A DNA stretch of 62,922 nt, filler included, from Reticulomyxa filosa (Eukaryota; Protista; Foraminifera): assembly GCA_000512085.1 (NCBI GenBank). It is 17 parts of 17 records of this genome, joined end to end, with 100 filler letters (N's around TTAATTAATTAA, not from the genome) between each part and the next. Parts side by side here need not be neighbours in the genome. Positions count along the whole stretch, not along the records: positions 1 to 2,104 come from ASPP01024713.1; positions 2,205 to 4,689 come from ASPP01024905.1; positions 4,790 to 7,251 come from ASPP01010603.1; positions 7,352 to 9,792 come from ASPP01025426.1; positions 9,893 to 14,024 come from ASPP01008782.1; 12 more parts are not named here. The stretch is one strand, 5' to 3'. Made by a program: the position numbers and the translations under genes. Shown piece after piece: positions 1-12,900 of the stretch (positions are counted from its first letter, which is position 1; each line of letters starts with the position of its first letter). The notes beneath the pieces were generated by a model. It worked only from the letters and a program-made list of their open reading frames with translations, did no database searches and had not been told where the DNA came from.

Positions 1-1230
1 TTTTTTTTAATCAATTAACCGAGATTTTTATCAATTGTTTTACATATAGCTCAAAGTGTCAGAAAAAAGAAAGAATGCTGAAACAACAGACAAAGGAATT
101 GAAAATCGACATTCAAAAATTTTGTGGAACAATCAAGAAAAAAACAATATCGAAATTAAAAAGTAAAGTAAATTGTGAATGATCTACTCGTTCAAATGAT
201 ATTGTGTTCTTTTTATATCTGTCGCTGTCTTTGGCTTTGCCATAGGGAATACTACACTTCTACTTACTACCGCTCACAACGTCTTCTTGTACTTTGCACA
301 TGTTGTGATATCAAAGGAAGTTTATCGGCAACTTGTCGTCGCCCGACAGCCTTTTTATTTGTCTTGATATCTGATCCATCCAACGTGCTTATTGAAGTGT
401 CGCTGCTGTGTTGTTTAGAAGGGGAGGCGAAGGCGCATCGCTGCCTTGAAGCCATCCGCTTTTCTGCAATAACTGGATCACGTCCCCGAGGTTACTTTGC
501 TCGTTGGCCTCGTAGTCGTCCGGAAGAGATGGCAGGCTTTCGATAAACGACAGCAGACGTGAAGATGTCTCTTGTACAACGTAAGGTGTCGCTTAAACTC
601 TTCTATCGATCATCACAATCATCATCATGATCATAAAAATATATACCCCTTTTTTTTTAGTTGTTTTTTTTGTACACTTTCTTTGACTAAGCTTTAACTT
701 CAACTTCTAAGTCATAAAAATATTTTTAAAATTCATAAAAAATAAATCATGCAAATAACGACCACTATTATATCATATGAAAATTTTGTTCCTACTGTAA
801 TATAGAACAATACCAAAATAGTTAGTATCTGCCACAAACAACTAACCATTCAACAAATGTTTTATTGTATAAACCAGTGTCTTCTTAACTTTGTTTATTT
901 TAAAGCAAAAAGAATAATTTTTTTTGTTTTGTTTTTCCATTATTTACCAGTCTTAACACAGATAAAATAAAAAAACAAAATCAAAACTTATTTAAATAAT
1001 GATTATTTAGATATTTTAATTTTGCTTTTTAATGGAAAATTAGTCTATATATGTCAAAATTTATTTCTTTCTACTATATTTCATAATAATTTTATCAAAA
1101 TCATCAATCCATCCTAACTTTATATTTAAAGTTCGAATCCAATATTCAATAATACATTTTATTTCATTTTTCGACTGTTCATTATTTATTATTTGTTATT
1201 TTTCATACTATACAATTTATTTGCGTGTTG

Positions 1231-2104
1231 TCAAAATAAATAAATAATTACCAACTGTGAAATGTCCCATACACGCACTTTTGTCTTTATGTGAGTTGAT
1301 ACTTTTGCATGTTTATCATCTTTTCCTCCAATGATGTATATACAATTGTCTTCTTCACTCAATATTGCAACACAATAACGTAATGGGCTGAGTAAAGTGT
1401 CTTGAAATGTCATCCATTTGTTTTCTTCAATTGAATATTTGTGCACTGATTTTGAAGAATTAGAATAGCTCCATCCACCAAAGAATAAGATGATATCATT
1501 GATACACGCATACGCATATCCATTGAATGGTGCAATATCATCACAAACAGGTAATTGATGAAATTTAAAAGTGTTATTATCTTCATCATATTTAATTGAT
1601 AATCCTGTCTTTCTACAAAACAACAGCATTTGATAATGTTGTTTATTCTTTTCTTCGTTTATTTTCATCATTTCTTGTCCTTGTCCATTTTCAAATTTTG
1701 ATACAAAGCAATGATACCATATCCAATCATGAGTTGGTAAAATATTATGCTTAATAAATTGAAATGTACTTAAATCAAACACGCTAATATTATTATCTCT
1801 ATAAGTGATAAATAACAAATTATTGTTTCTTCCACCAATCACTGCACGTGCTCCTATATAACTATATTGATCCCTTCCAATTATAATTGGATGATTGTGA
1901 TTATCTGTAAAAGGAACCCATTGATTGTAATTGTTGAATTCATTTGATTTGTCTGATATATTACTCCAGACACTTACATATTTCATCACCAATGTATGTT
2001 GTGTAAATTTATTCCATCCACCAAAAGATAACAAAGTGATTTCATTGCTGTGTTTATTGTTATCTACCAGTTTCACTACACAGTGTCCATTTAATTCAAC
2101 ATCA
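1231..2104 (-). CDS. Kelch-repeat beta-propeller protein, 5'-truncated by the contig end
   Basis: GG-containing kelch motifs (ITLLSFGG, ARAVIGG, ILFFGGW...VHKYSIEENKW, IYIIGG). The frame is open back to the contig edge. The last codons (VIIYLF) probably run into an intron. Confidence 0.85.
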
Positions 2105-2203
2105 NNNNNNNNNNNNNNNNNNNNNNNNNNNNNNNNNNNNNNNNNNNNTTAATTAATTAANNNNNNNNNNNNNNNNNNNNNNNNNNNNNNNNNNNNNNNN
2201 NNN
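2105..2203. other. Artificial contig-joining spacer (N-run + TTAATTAATTAA + N-run). It recurs at 4690-4789, 7252-7351, 9793-9892, 14025-14124, 23261-23360, 26476-26575, 27773-27872, 45031-45130, 46515-46614, 48247-48346, 50725-50824, 53075-53174, 55408-55507, 58786-58885 and 61363-61462
   Basis: The same palindromic 12-mer, giving stops in all six frames and embedded in Ns, occurs 16 times. Composition and gene content change abruptly across it. Confidence 0.98.
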
Positions 2204-2374
2204 NGTTTGCAATATATTGGTCTATCATCCCAAATTGGTTTGGACATTATATATTTTTTTACACATTTTAATTTTGTTATCAATACTTAGATTCTTTTAT
2301 GACCCTTCATTGTTTGTTCATCTACCATTACATTACTCCAAGGCTAAACATCACACAATCCAACCAAGTGGCGT

Positions 2375-2505
2375 TTTAAAAAAAAAAAGGAAATGAAGAC
2401 AAAATCAAAAAAAGGAAAGAATTGGGCGGTGCCACAATGTTCCTGGGGCGCCGCCTTATTCTTTACTTTCTTTTTTGATTTTCCCTTCATTTGCTTTTTT
2501 TAAAA
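2375..2505. repeat. Imperfect ~130-bp palindrome (MITE-like hairpin)
   Basis: TTTAAAAAAAAAAAGGAAATGAAGACAAAATCAAAAAAAGGAAAGAATTGGGCGGTGCC pairs with GGCGCCGCCTTATTCTTTACTTTCTTTTTTGATTTTCCCTTCATTTGCTTTTTTTAAAA around a short loop. Confidence 0.75.
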
Positions 2506-2959
2506 TTTTTGTAATATTTAGAATTTTTAACTGCTGTTTTTATTTTTTTAGCCGATTTACTATTTTAGCACAATAATGGTATTTTGCTTTTTTCGATTTT
2601 AACATAAGATAATGAAATTTTATTTTATTATCATAAATTGTATTGTATTTAAATAAAACCCATTAGTTTTATTTTTGAATATGTGATAGGTATATGAATC
2701 ATAAAATAAAATTAACAGACCATAATTTTATATGCAAACCATTTCTGCTATTTCGAAACATCAAAAAAATAATATATTCCTTATTACCTAAAAAAATGTT
2801 TTTTAAATTAAAGAAAAATGCAATTATTGCTTAAAGAATTAATTTTATTGACTTTTTTTCTTTTTGAAATCACATAAAATTTTAATTCAGACTCGTTAAG
2901 TACAAAAAAACATTTAAAAGATGTTAGAATAAATATTTATTATAAGTATTTCAAACTAT

Positions 2960-3290
2960 TTTGCCATAATTTCTGTATGGCTTGTGGCATTATCTTGCTG
3001 AAACATTTAATTTTCATTATCTTCTAGCCTCAATCAATACTTTTAAACATTTCATCAACTAAAATTTCTTTGTAAACATATGCACTGACAAATCAATTAA
3101 TGTTACATGGATAAACAGGTCTTAACACTCCAAAGCAAGACCACACGATTATGCTTCCACTACCAATTTGATATTTCTATGTGAAAAACGTAATTTGATT
3201 GACAAGAATTGTAGGATATTTTTCAATCTTATATTAAATAATGTTCGATTCATAATCCTTTTTCATTAGTAGAATAAACTAAAGATATAA
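2960..3290 (-). mobile_element. Decayed Tc1/mariner (DDE) transposase fragment
   Basis: Manual minus-strand translation gives GSGSIIVWSCFG...VSAYVYKEILVDEM and, after a frameshift, FQQDNATSHT. This matches the Tc1 GGGSVMVWGCF...Y..IL...FQQDNAP.H blocks. It has internal stops and is not in the ORF track. Confidence 0.75.
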
Positions 3291-3774
3291 TTAGACTGTC
3301 TTTTTTGTTACTTCAACAAAAGAAAAAAAGTTCACTACAAAAGAGAATTGAGTAAGAAAGAAACAGGATCATTGGATTCTCTTACAATTACATTAAGATC
3401 TGGAGAACTTGTTGAGATCAAAGACTTGTTCTTTTTATTATTGTGAAAAAAGGAATGGAAAAAGACTGAAGTCATCATTCAAAATTTTATATTATTCTTT
3501 GTGAATGTGATGTGTAAAATTTGGCAATAATGTGTAATATTACCAACAAATATATGTAATTGTTTTGATATATCAACAATTTATTTATATTTCGAATAGT
3601 ATAGAATTGATCTCAAACATATTCTTTGAATACGTAGGCAAGTTGAAATTGTTCTTCAACCAAAAATTGCTTCTCCTGTCGAACATATATTATACAATCA
3701 TTACATATTAAAGCACTTTTTATGGACATGCTTCTTCAATCCCACTGAAAGCATTGATATTAGAAAAACTCTTT

Positions 3775-3885
3775 TACTGAATAAAAAAAATTTTTTTATT
3801 TACATAACAAAACTGGTTCATTTTTAAAAAATAGGTCCAAAAAAATTAAAAAATGACCCACAATCTTAATTATTCGTGAATATTC
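3775..3885 (+). repeat. Dispersed repeat copy shared with the foldback arms (10085-10200 and its inverse 13805-13920)
   Basis: AACTGGTTCATTTTTAAAAAATAGGTCCAAAAAAATTAAAAAATGACCCACAA vs AACTGGGTCATTTTTAGAAACAGGTTCAAAAAAAATAAAAAATGACCCACAA. It contains an internal GGGTCATTTTT/AAAAATGACCC hairpin. Confidence 0.8.
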
Positions 3886-4798
3886 CTTTGTCACTTTTCT
3901 ATACGAAATAGTTGCTGTAAAAGACTTATTATTGTTATTTTCTTATCATTTCTTTTCTTTGTTTTTATAAGTCATCAAATGAAAAAAGGGAAAAGAGTTC
4001 CTTTTTGAAAACTATCACCAATTTTTTGAAATAAATTGTGAATTTTATGTATTAATTGTTTGTGCAAATCTCAAACGCAAAAACATGATTCCTATTGAAA
4101 TATTAATATTGACCATATAAAATGCAAACATTTGCACAATTGATATTTTTCACTTCATCCAACTGAGGAACAGTCTTCTTTGGTTTAATAAAAGATTAAA
4201 AACAGCAATCACTATATGAGATGACAAAAAAAAATTGGAACATTTGAGCTCAAAAGTGACCTAATAAAATTAATTTTTTGATCCCCTTTTCCATCAAAAG
4301 TGAGAAAAGAAAATCAAGATTGTTACATCCCATTGAAAATGTTTAAAACAATAAAAATGTTTTCATCAAAGATATAAAAAAACCTTGAAAAAAATATTAC
4401 AATTATTGTAAATGTCATAAAATGATTTCCTTTGTCATCGTTTGTGGTCTTTAAACAAATTTATCAAACTCATTACCAAAATTGTGTTTTGTAAATTTTA
4501 TAAGAGGCATTTTATTATTGTAAAAACACATATGACAGAACTTCAATTCACAAATCTCTGTGTCGTTTTTTTGTTGTAAAGTATCAAACAAAAAGAGTTT
4601 TTTTGTCGTGAAGAATATGATTGCGAAAATATTTTTCTTTTCCAAAAAAAAAAATCCTCGGAAACGTTTTTTGTGCAAAAAAAAAAAAANNNNNNNNNNN
4701 NNNNNNNNNNNNNNNNNNNNNNNNNNNNNNNNNTTAATTAATTAANNNNNNNNNNNNNNNNNNNNNNNNNNNNNNNNNNNNNNNNNNNNAAAAAAAAA

Positions 4799-4830
<32 letters not shown>

Positions 4831-4849
4831 GTGATGAAATTTGTATTTT

Positions 4850-5438
4850 AGGTACATGTATTCGTGAAATTCTAGAGAAATGGGGAAATGTGATGGTAGC
4901 CAAAATGGCAATTAACGTATTTCTACCGTGGATTCGTTTAGCCAATATTCGTGCATTTTTATTTCAATGTGAATCATTGAAATTCTTGGCTGGATCAAAT
5001 GAATTGAACTTTGAAACTGTGGGATCGTTTGTAAATGTAGAGTTGGTGATTTTGTTGGGTTTATTTTGTCCGTTGATTGTACCGTTGTTTTGTATGACAA
5101 CTATATCCAATATCTTGAATTTCCAGTACTTGTTACACAAAAAAAACAAACGCGCGACATTATGGGAAGAAAATCTCATTGAAAAAGGTAATATTTACAA
5201 ACTATCTGACGAAATTCCTGCATTTCCAACATCGGTGTTGATTGTGCCATTTTTATTGCAACAATTCATTTGGATATTTTCTGGCGCATTAAATAATGGT
5301 CATTCCAATTTGATAAAGAACGTGTTTGGTTATGCATTTTGCATTATCGATATTAGTTTCATAGTGGCTGTTATTGTTGCTCGACGTTTTCATGGAATTC
5401 AAATACTGCAACGACAGTTAATCTTGTCATTGACATAA
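4850..5438 (+). CDS. 3' exon of a multi-pass membrane protein, function unknown
   Basis: Long ORF with several hydrophobic segments (LVILLGLFCPLIVPLF, VLIVPFLLQQFIWIF, YAFCIIDISFIVAVIV). It follows a poly-T intron ending in TTTAG. Confidence 0.5.
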
Positions 5439-6379
5439 GTAACAAATTTTTTCTATGTTTTCAAAACAAATATTCAACAAAAAGAAATTTGAAAATGAAT
5501 ATGTGATAGGTATCAAAGAAGAAAATTCAAAATTGCACGATGAATCAGAACAATATTGAATATAGTCAGTGAAAGCGCAAAAATTTGAGATGTGTTAATA
5601 TTTTTGTTTAACGTTGCAAGTTGTATTTTACATAAGTAGCTTTTTTTTTGGATGTAATTAGTCTGTTAAATTTGACGATATTCCTAAAAGGATTATTCAT
5701 ATGGCAGTGTAATTCTGTAATAATAAATATCTATTCAATGTTAAATCCATTTGCAATGAGAACAATAGAATAATCAATCCTTTTCTAGGTTTTACGTATT
5801 ACAATCAAGAAATCGGGATGCTATTCTAAGCGGATAATTAACATTTGTAAGCTTCATTTTTACTTTAGGGTATGTATGCTGCTGTAATTCAATCGCAGAC
5901 AAAAACAAATTTTGGAAAAATGACAATGTCGTAGTTTAAACAAATGATCTTGAAAATAACAAAATTATGCAATACTTTTACTTTTGCGTAATAGCTATAA
6001 ATCATCATTCCATTTGTTGGAATTTTTTTGGAAGAGTGGCGATTGTCAACTCGTTAAATTGTACTGCTTTTGTGTCGTTATAGAATTCAATTAAAACGCT
6101 TAACTTTTGTGTTTATATATTTTACGTACATTTATATTTTTTTGCAATTTTGATGCTTTTTTCGCTTTTTATGAAAATAAGATTTTTTGTTTTATTGAAA
6201 AAATGAGAAATAATTCCAAATTGGTCATTGTTTTTACATATTATTGAGTAGATCAATGTATTTGACAAATTGTTGCGAATGCTTATTATTTACATCAATC
6301 ACCAGATAACATATCTTATTCAATTTTAAAGATTTCAATTTTTAATTTTGTTAACTTCTTTAAATAGTGCTTTTTGCTT

Positions 6380-7190
6380 TCATTGATCATTGAATATTGG
6401 TAAATAACTATTGACAATACCAGCGACATCTTTTCCAAAAAGGTCAATCAGCAATTGTTCTCGAATGGGTAAAGTTTTTATCGAATCGTATCGTCTTTTA
6501 ACTTCTGGTAATAAGTTTGATTGAAGAGTAATATCTCTAGAATTAGGTTTAATATGCCTAGTCAAAACAGAATAAAAAAAAAATTAAAATTTCTTTCTCT
6601 GAATTAAAAGAAAATTAACCATAGAAGATAGTTGACTCGGATGACTGGAATTAGGGATAAACAACAGCAAAATAATAAGCTAAAGTAAATACAAATGGCA
6701 ATAATGTGTAATCTTTGAATGTGCGACCACAAATCAAACCAAGAGATATAAGCAATAAAAATAATCGGAAAAAAGAAGTTCAATAAACGAGATAACAAAT
6801 AAAGAGGACCAAATATAAATGTTATTGCAAACACACCAACAACGATAATTGGTTCATATAGATACATCTGAGAAAACGGCATTGAGAGTATTTCGTCTTT
6901 CACATCGCCCCATAACCGTAAATAAATTTCCAAAACGTCTATCCATTTTCATATCCACTTCCGAATAAAAACTACAAGACAATTTTCATAAATAAATAAA
7001 TAAAATTAAACTCTGAATGAGAGAAGACCAGCAAGCTTTTCTCAAGTTCTTCAAAGTGACGTGATTATACAAAGTCTTTGATTCTTCATCCAAGTAGGCA
7101 GTGGCAAATCCAAACACATGATTTGCACATGCCACACGTAAATTTACATCAGGTCCCTCTTGCAAAAATGAGATCAATTGTTTTAATATC
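6380..7190 (-). CDS. Multi-exon membrane protein (3' part), function unknown
   Basis: Three consecutive minus-strand ORFs (6986-7177, 6604-6933, 6380-6565) separated by short AT-rich gaps. The middle one has TM helices and the last ends LFGKDVAGIVNSYLP. Confidence 0.5.
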
Positions 7191-7211
7191 TCGCTTTCTT
7201 TTTTGTCATCT

Positions 7212-7251
<40 letters not shown>

Positions 7252-8034
7252 NNNNNNNNNNNNNNNNNNNNNNNNNNNNNNNNNNNNNNNNNNNNTTAAT
7301 TAATTAANNNNNNNNNNNNNNNNNNNNNNNNNNNNNNNNNNNNNNNNNNNNAAATATATTCGCTGCCACAAATTTTATTTGTTTTCCTGTCTTAAAGTGG
7401 CTTTGTTACCGATTTGGTGTCCTTTAGTTTCAATGTGCCCGACAAGAGAGGGGTAAACGGATGAGAAAAGACGAGTGGAAAACTCTTTGACTTCAGCAGC
7501 AACATGAACTCATCGCTGGTATTGCATGTATTAAATGCGGTCGTGGTGTCAAACATGAATACAAGCAGTTCAAACGGAAACGTAACAAACGAACAAATAT
7601 ATTTGAAAAATTACGATATGATCACATTGATGACATCATGGGACATGTTGAGCAATCAATATTTCAACAACGCGTGGAAACTGAAAGTGGAAATTTGTGC
7701 AATGTGCAAATGTCTACAACAGCTATATCAGTGGTGCAAATTTCAAATAAGGAGTCGATGCACTCAGAAAACGACGTATACGTCTTCTCCTAAGCACTTC
7801 TATGATCAACACAATGCGGCCCAAGAAGAATTCATATTCCAAAACGCCAATCACAAATGTGTACATCTTATGAACCGGCGCATTGACTTACAGGTATATA
7901 CTAGTGATATAAAGATTTAATGGAAAAAAAAAATGTTCATGAAAAAAAAAAGGGAGGTTTACGTATATCAAGAGATAGTAAGGGGTAAGTGAGGAGTGAT
8001 TGTATATAGATTGATTTTATTAAAAATAGATTTT

Positions 8035-8317
8035 TCTTAAAAAAAAACAAAAACAGTAACAGATTGTCTAATGATGCCTTCGATTCTATGCCCGACCCTG
8101 ACCTTTTGCGCAATTTGTATTCTTCATTCGATTGTGGCTTGCTTGCCATTATTTTTACTTCACCACTTGCAATCTTAAAAAAAACAAAAACAAAAACAGT
8201 AACAGATTGTCAAGTGGTGAAGTAGAAATAATGGCAAGCAAGCCACAACCGAATGAAGAGTACAAATTGCGCAAAAGGTCAGGATTTGGCATAGAACTGA
8301 AGACATTATTAGCAATC
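8035..8317. repeat. Duplicated unit with an inverted 113-bp core (arms 8062-8174 and 8205-8317)
   Basis: The arms are near-identical reverse complements. Both are preceded by the direct repeat TCTTAAAAAAAA(A)CAAAAACAGTAACA and bounded by GATTGTC...GCAATC. Confidence 0.9.
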
Positions 8318-9977
8318 AAATACTGAATGTACCACGTTGGCGCGAACGTAGAAATCGGCCACAAATACTACAAATCGTTGCAACAAGTGTGCCGTTCAGA
8401 GGTCTCAATGCAAAATCGAAGTGATATCCAATTGCACATCCACGCAAAGTCCAATATCAAGCGTAAACGCATAATGCCGACACCATCTTACAAATGTTGC
8501 CCAAGACTGCAATGTTAAGTTCTTTTTTACTTCTTTTTTTTATAAAAAAAAACAGACAAGCAAAAAAAAAAAAATGTGGATAGATCTTATGATAATGCAA
8601 ATTCCAAGAGCGTGTGATGGAAACGTACACATTGTCAGACATCTTTTATGCAAAGAGCAATACTTTCTCCTGGCGTACTACCAATGCACAAACACAACTA
8701 TCGCACACATGGACACAAACTGGCTCGCATTCAAAACAATATCAAATCTACAAAATTACTCCAAACGATATCCAAAATTTATGTTACGTCGTGCAAATCA
8801 TTATATGACAATATCAATGCTGCGAATGATCCACTACAAATGTACAAATAACTCAAAGTAGATATCCAAATGCAAATATCGGTTATCTCTTGTGATGAAG
8901 CCAAGTTATTTTTATTTTATTTTTTTATTGTCGTTGCAATGATAGACATTATTTTTTTTGGTTGTTGATTGTGTATAGTAAATGTTTATGAATATCAGCG
9001 ATGAATGTGTCACGAATGATTGGAGTAGAGGAACCGCAACAAATGAATAAATCCTTGTGGTTGTGATACGCAATGCGGGCAGTCATTCCAATTGCAAATG
9101 AGAAGGTAAAATCTTTAGTCTTTTGTTTTGTTTAATTTATAATTATGAATTGCGTGTTGTTTACAACATAGTTCCCCAATGTTATGAAAAGAAAAGAAGC
9201 ATACGGAGTAGAAACCACTCCGTCTCCGAAAGGAGAAACAAAGGTTTGTTTTATTTATTTATTAATTAACATGTCTAAGTGTTTTGTGCTGCGCGCTGTG
9301 TAATATAGGTTCCTCCGTCCGTCAATGTCATGGTATCTTTATGCCCACATGCCCTCCACACAAAAAAAAAAAGGAAAATCGGGGTTGAAATCTACCCCAT
9401 GTCAAAGAGGAAGAAGAACAGTTTGTGATATTTGTATTTATTTTTATATACATATATATTCTTTTGTTATATAATGTTGTTGTGTTTGTGAAACAATAGG
9501 ATTCCCCCACCAAAGAAAAGAATATATATTTCTATTTATTTGTTACCTTATCCCCCAAAAAAACAATTTTGAAGTGCTTTCCACAGGGAAATGAAAATTG
9601 GAGATTGTGTCCGATAATCCAGGTATAGTTCTATTTTTTGCTTTAAAAAATTATAAATATACATTTTTTGTTTGTATGTATAGATATCAAGTCGTCAAGA
9701 AAAATGGAGTATTGTGTTTATCTTTTTTAAAGGGGGGGGGGATAAAAAAATGGGAACATTATTAAGGAGGATAAAAAAAAAAAAAGGAATAANNNNNNNN
9801 NNNNNNNNNNNNNNNNNNNNNNNNNNNNNNNNNNNNTTAATTAATTAANNNNNNNNNNNNNNNNNNNNNNNNNNNNNNNNNNNNNNNNNNNNTTCAGATA
9901 TGTGAACAATCATATAACAAAGAGTTGCTGTTTGTTGGTAAAAAAACAGACATTACAAAAACGAAAATAAAAAAAAC

Positions 9978-12900
9978 GGAACTAACTACCCCCTTGTAAC
10001 ATGTCATCTTGGTTGATTATTTGATAAAATTTATGATTGATAAAACAGAAAAATATGACAATAAATGATTTAATTGTGCACAACTGAATGAAAAAAAAAC
10101 ATTTTTTATTTGATTAAATGAAAACTGGGTCATTTTTAGAAACAGGTTCAAAAAAAATAAAAAATGACCCACAACTTTTAGTTATTATTGAATATAAAGT
10201 ATTCTTCGTTTTTTGCTACGTTTTTACAAAAGAAAGTTGATTTGCGACTGACTGATATGTATGATTGCTTATCTTAAAAAGATTTATTTTCAAAAAAGGT
10301 AACGACTGTCCGGTGTATGTCTTTTTCTGCAAATTCTCTTGTTATTGAATGTTGATACTACATTCGTAATTAGTGTTACAAATGATATCGATCTAAATAT
10401 TGGAACAAGTTTATGTACAAAAAAGTAATGTTCATCATCTCAAAAAAAAAAAATGTACATTCAGTGATTATAAATCACAAAGTACTTTTATGAATAAATG
10501 TGTTATTTTCATTTATACAGAATATGTGGGATTTATTTTGAATATGAAATTAGGCAAACAAAGATAGTAAATATTATTGAGTGCTTTGAGAAAATATATT
10601 AAAATAATTTTTGTGTATGATACAAGCCATTCAAAATAAAAAAGAAACATATTCATTTTATGCAATGTCGAACACTTTTTGTCCAGGTGGATCATTTAGT
10701 CTTTTTTTTGAAGAAACAGCGAGGGCAAAAGAGCTAAGAGACTGACATGCACTAACTCGTCTGTTGGATGAAATAGACCACATTTCAAAGATCATTCATA
10801 ATAATTTGCCATTCGGTTGTTAAAAGCTTTTGAGGTAGATTTGTCACAGTTAGATTTCTATGCTACCAGTTCACTACTTCGACGACTTCTGTCATTTTTA
10901 TTTTTTGTGACTATGTAGATACGTTGCGACGTGCTCTTCAAATGTTGGACCCCTCCCCAAAAAAAGGAATATTTTTTAAGAATAACCTTGAATTGCAATC
11001 ATAAATGCCAAAATTAAAATATGAGCAAAAATCTGAAGATAAAACCAGACAACCAAAAGGGTAGTCAAAAAGGGGTAGTTCCATTTTTTTTATTTTGTTG
11101 TTTGTCATGTGCTTTCTGTTGAACTTAATTTAACAGTTTGAGCAAGAACGTCTTTTGTTAATTGAATGTAGCAAGGACATTATGTATCCTACTACTTGAA
11201 AGAGCTTGATTTGTTGAAATAATATATTTGAATAAATTGACTTAGGAACTTAAAGCAACAATCATTGTTACTATCTTTTTTTCAATTGTCTTGCAAATTT
11301 GTGATCACTCAGATGAAGACAAAAATGTATCATATGTGGTTTATGTAATAATTTTTAGAATGTTTGTTTATATCTTTTTGTCATTGCAAAAGTCTAATTA
11401 CGATAAATCGAAACATAGTTTATTTATACTTCTAAACCAAGGGTGCTGATAAAACAGCGTCGATTTTGAAAAAGATAAATAATATGCAAGAACTCATAAT
11501 TTTTTTGAAAAAAGATTATGTTAATTATATTTATGTAATTGAAACAACTCACATTCTCGAAATTAGAATGTTTTGTCCAAATGTCCAAAAAAAATCCTTT
11601 ATTTATTGTACAATAAATACTTGTGTAACAACAAACATATGGTACATTACAATAGTAATAGAAATATCAAATAAATAAAAAAAATGTAATGTGTCTTTCG
11701 TGAAAGAAGAGGATATTGTTCTTTTTTTTTTTTCATTCTCTTACCAAATCTGTTACAGACACGCTTTCTTTTGTTATTCTGAGTTTTTTCGAAAAGAAGG
11801 TAAAACGATTCTTGCACTCTTTATCAATTTAGTTTATTTGTCACTGAATTTTATGTATTTATTATTCACATAAAGCAAACTTTTTAAATATTACAAATAT
11901 TTCTGAGTAACATTCAATTTATGGGCAAAAGAATTTTTTTATTCATGAATAATGTTTCTTAACCTGTGCAAGAAAAAAGACCGTGTATCAACGTCGATTT
12001 GTTATTCGGGATAATACAAAATATCTTTTTCATTTTTAAATAATTGAAAATTTAAAAAAAGAATCAATTTGTAGTGGGACCGAAAGGAGAAAAACAAGAA
12101 AAGAAGAGAAAGCTTTTTTTTTGTACTTGAAGGTGTATATGAAGTAGAGTTATTTTGTTTTTTTATGGAAAGAAAAAATTTCGATTTTTTAAATTCTTTC
12201 TCTATTGATAAAATTGGTCAGTAACAACCACCTCAATCAACAAAATTACTTGGACTTACAAATTAGTCAATTTCAGCAGAAAAAAAAAATGAGGCATTAC
12301 TTTACTGCCTTAAGAAAAAATCCGCGTTCATGAAATGAATTATAGTCACGTTTCCTCATCAATTGACACTATTAGTCTTTTTTTACATTAAAGTTCAAAG
12401 CGAACAACAGTGGCGTCGCTCAAATCTTTACTCGAAAGTGTGGTTGAAAATAGAATATATTCGAAATGCCTTGGTGCCAACAAAGGAAAATCATTATAAA
12501 ACAATACAGTTTACAGCATTTCATCAAATTCCAAAGACGACAACATCTTGTCGTTTACATTTATAACGACTTTCATTAAATAGTATTGTAAAATTCGTGA
12601 TTGCATGTTCAAGCGGAATATACACATATCAATAATAAGTCTGTCATCAAATCTTCATAATACAAAAATTACATCATGAAAAAACTTGATTAAATTGATT
12701 ATTGTTCTGTCCAAAAAAAAAAGAAAGCATTAAACGAATCAAGTTCTTTCAAGTGGTAGGATGCATAATGTCCTTGCGACATTCAACTAACAAAAGAAGT
12801 TCTTACTTGAACTGTTAAACTAGGTTCAACAGAAAGCACATGACAAAGAAAAAAAGAAAAAAAATGGAATCACCCCCTTTTTGAGTACCCTTTCGGTTGT

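Noticed and set aside
175-600. GC-richer patch with short ORFs on both strands
   Set aside because: It looks coding-derived, but no frame gives a recognisable family or an intact exon structure.
2149-2160. Regularly recurring TTAATTAATTAA palindrome as a biological repeat or CRISPR-like array
   Set aside because: It is always embedded in N-runs of fixed length, so it is an assembly concatenation linker. ORFs ending in XXXX-LIN are artefacts.
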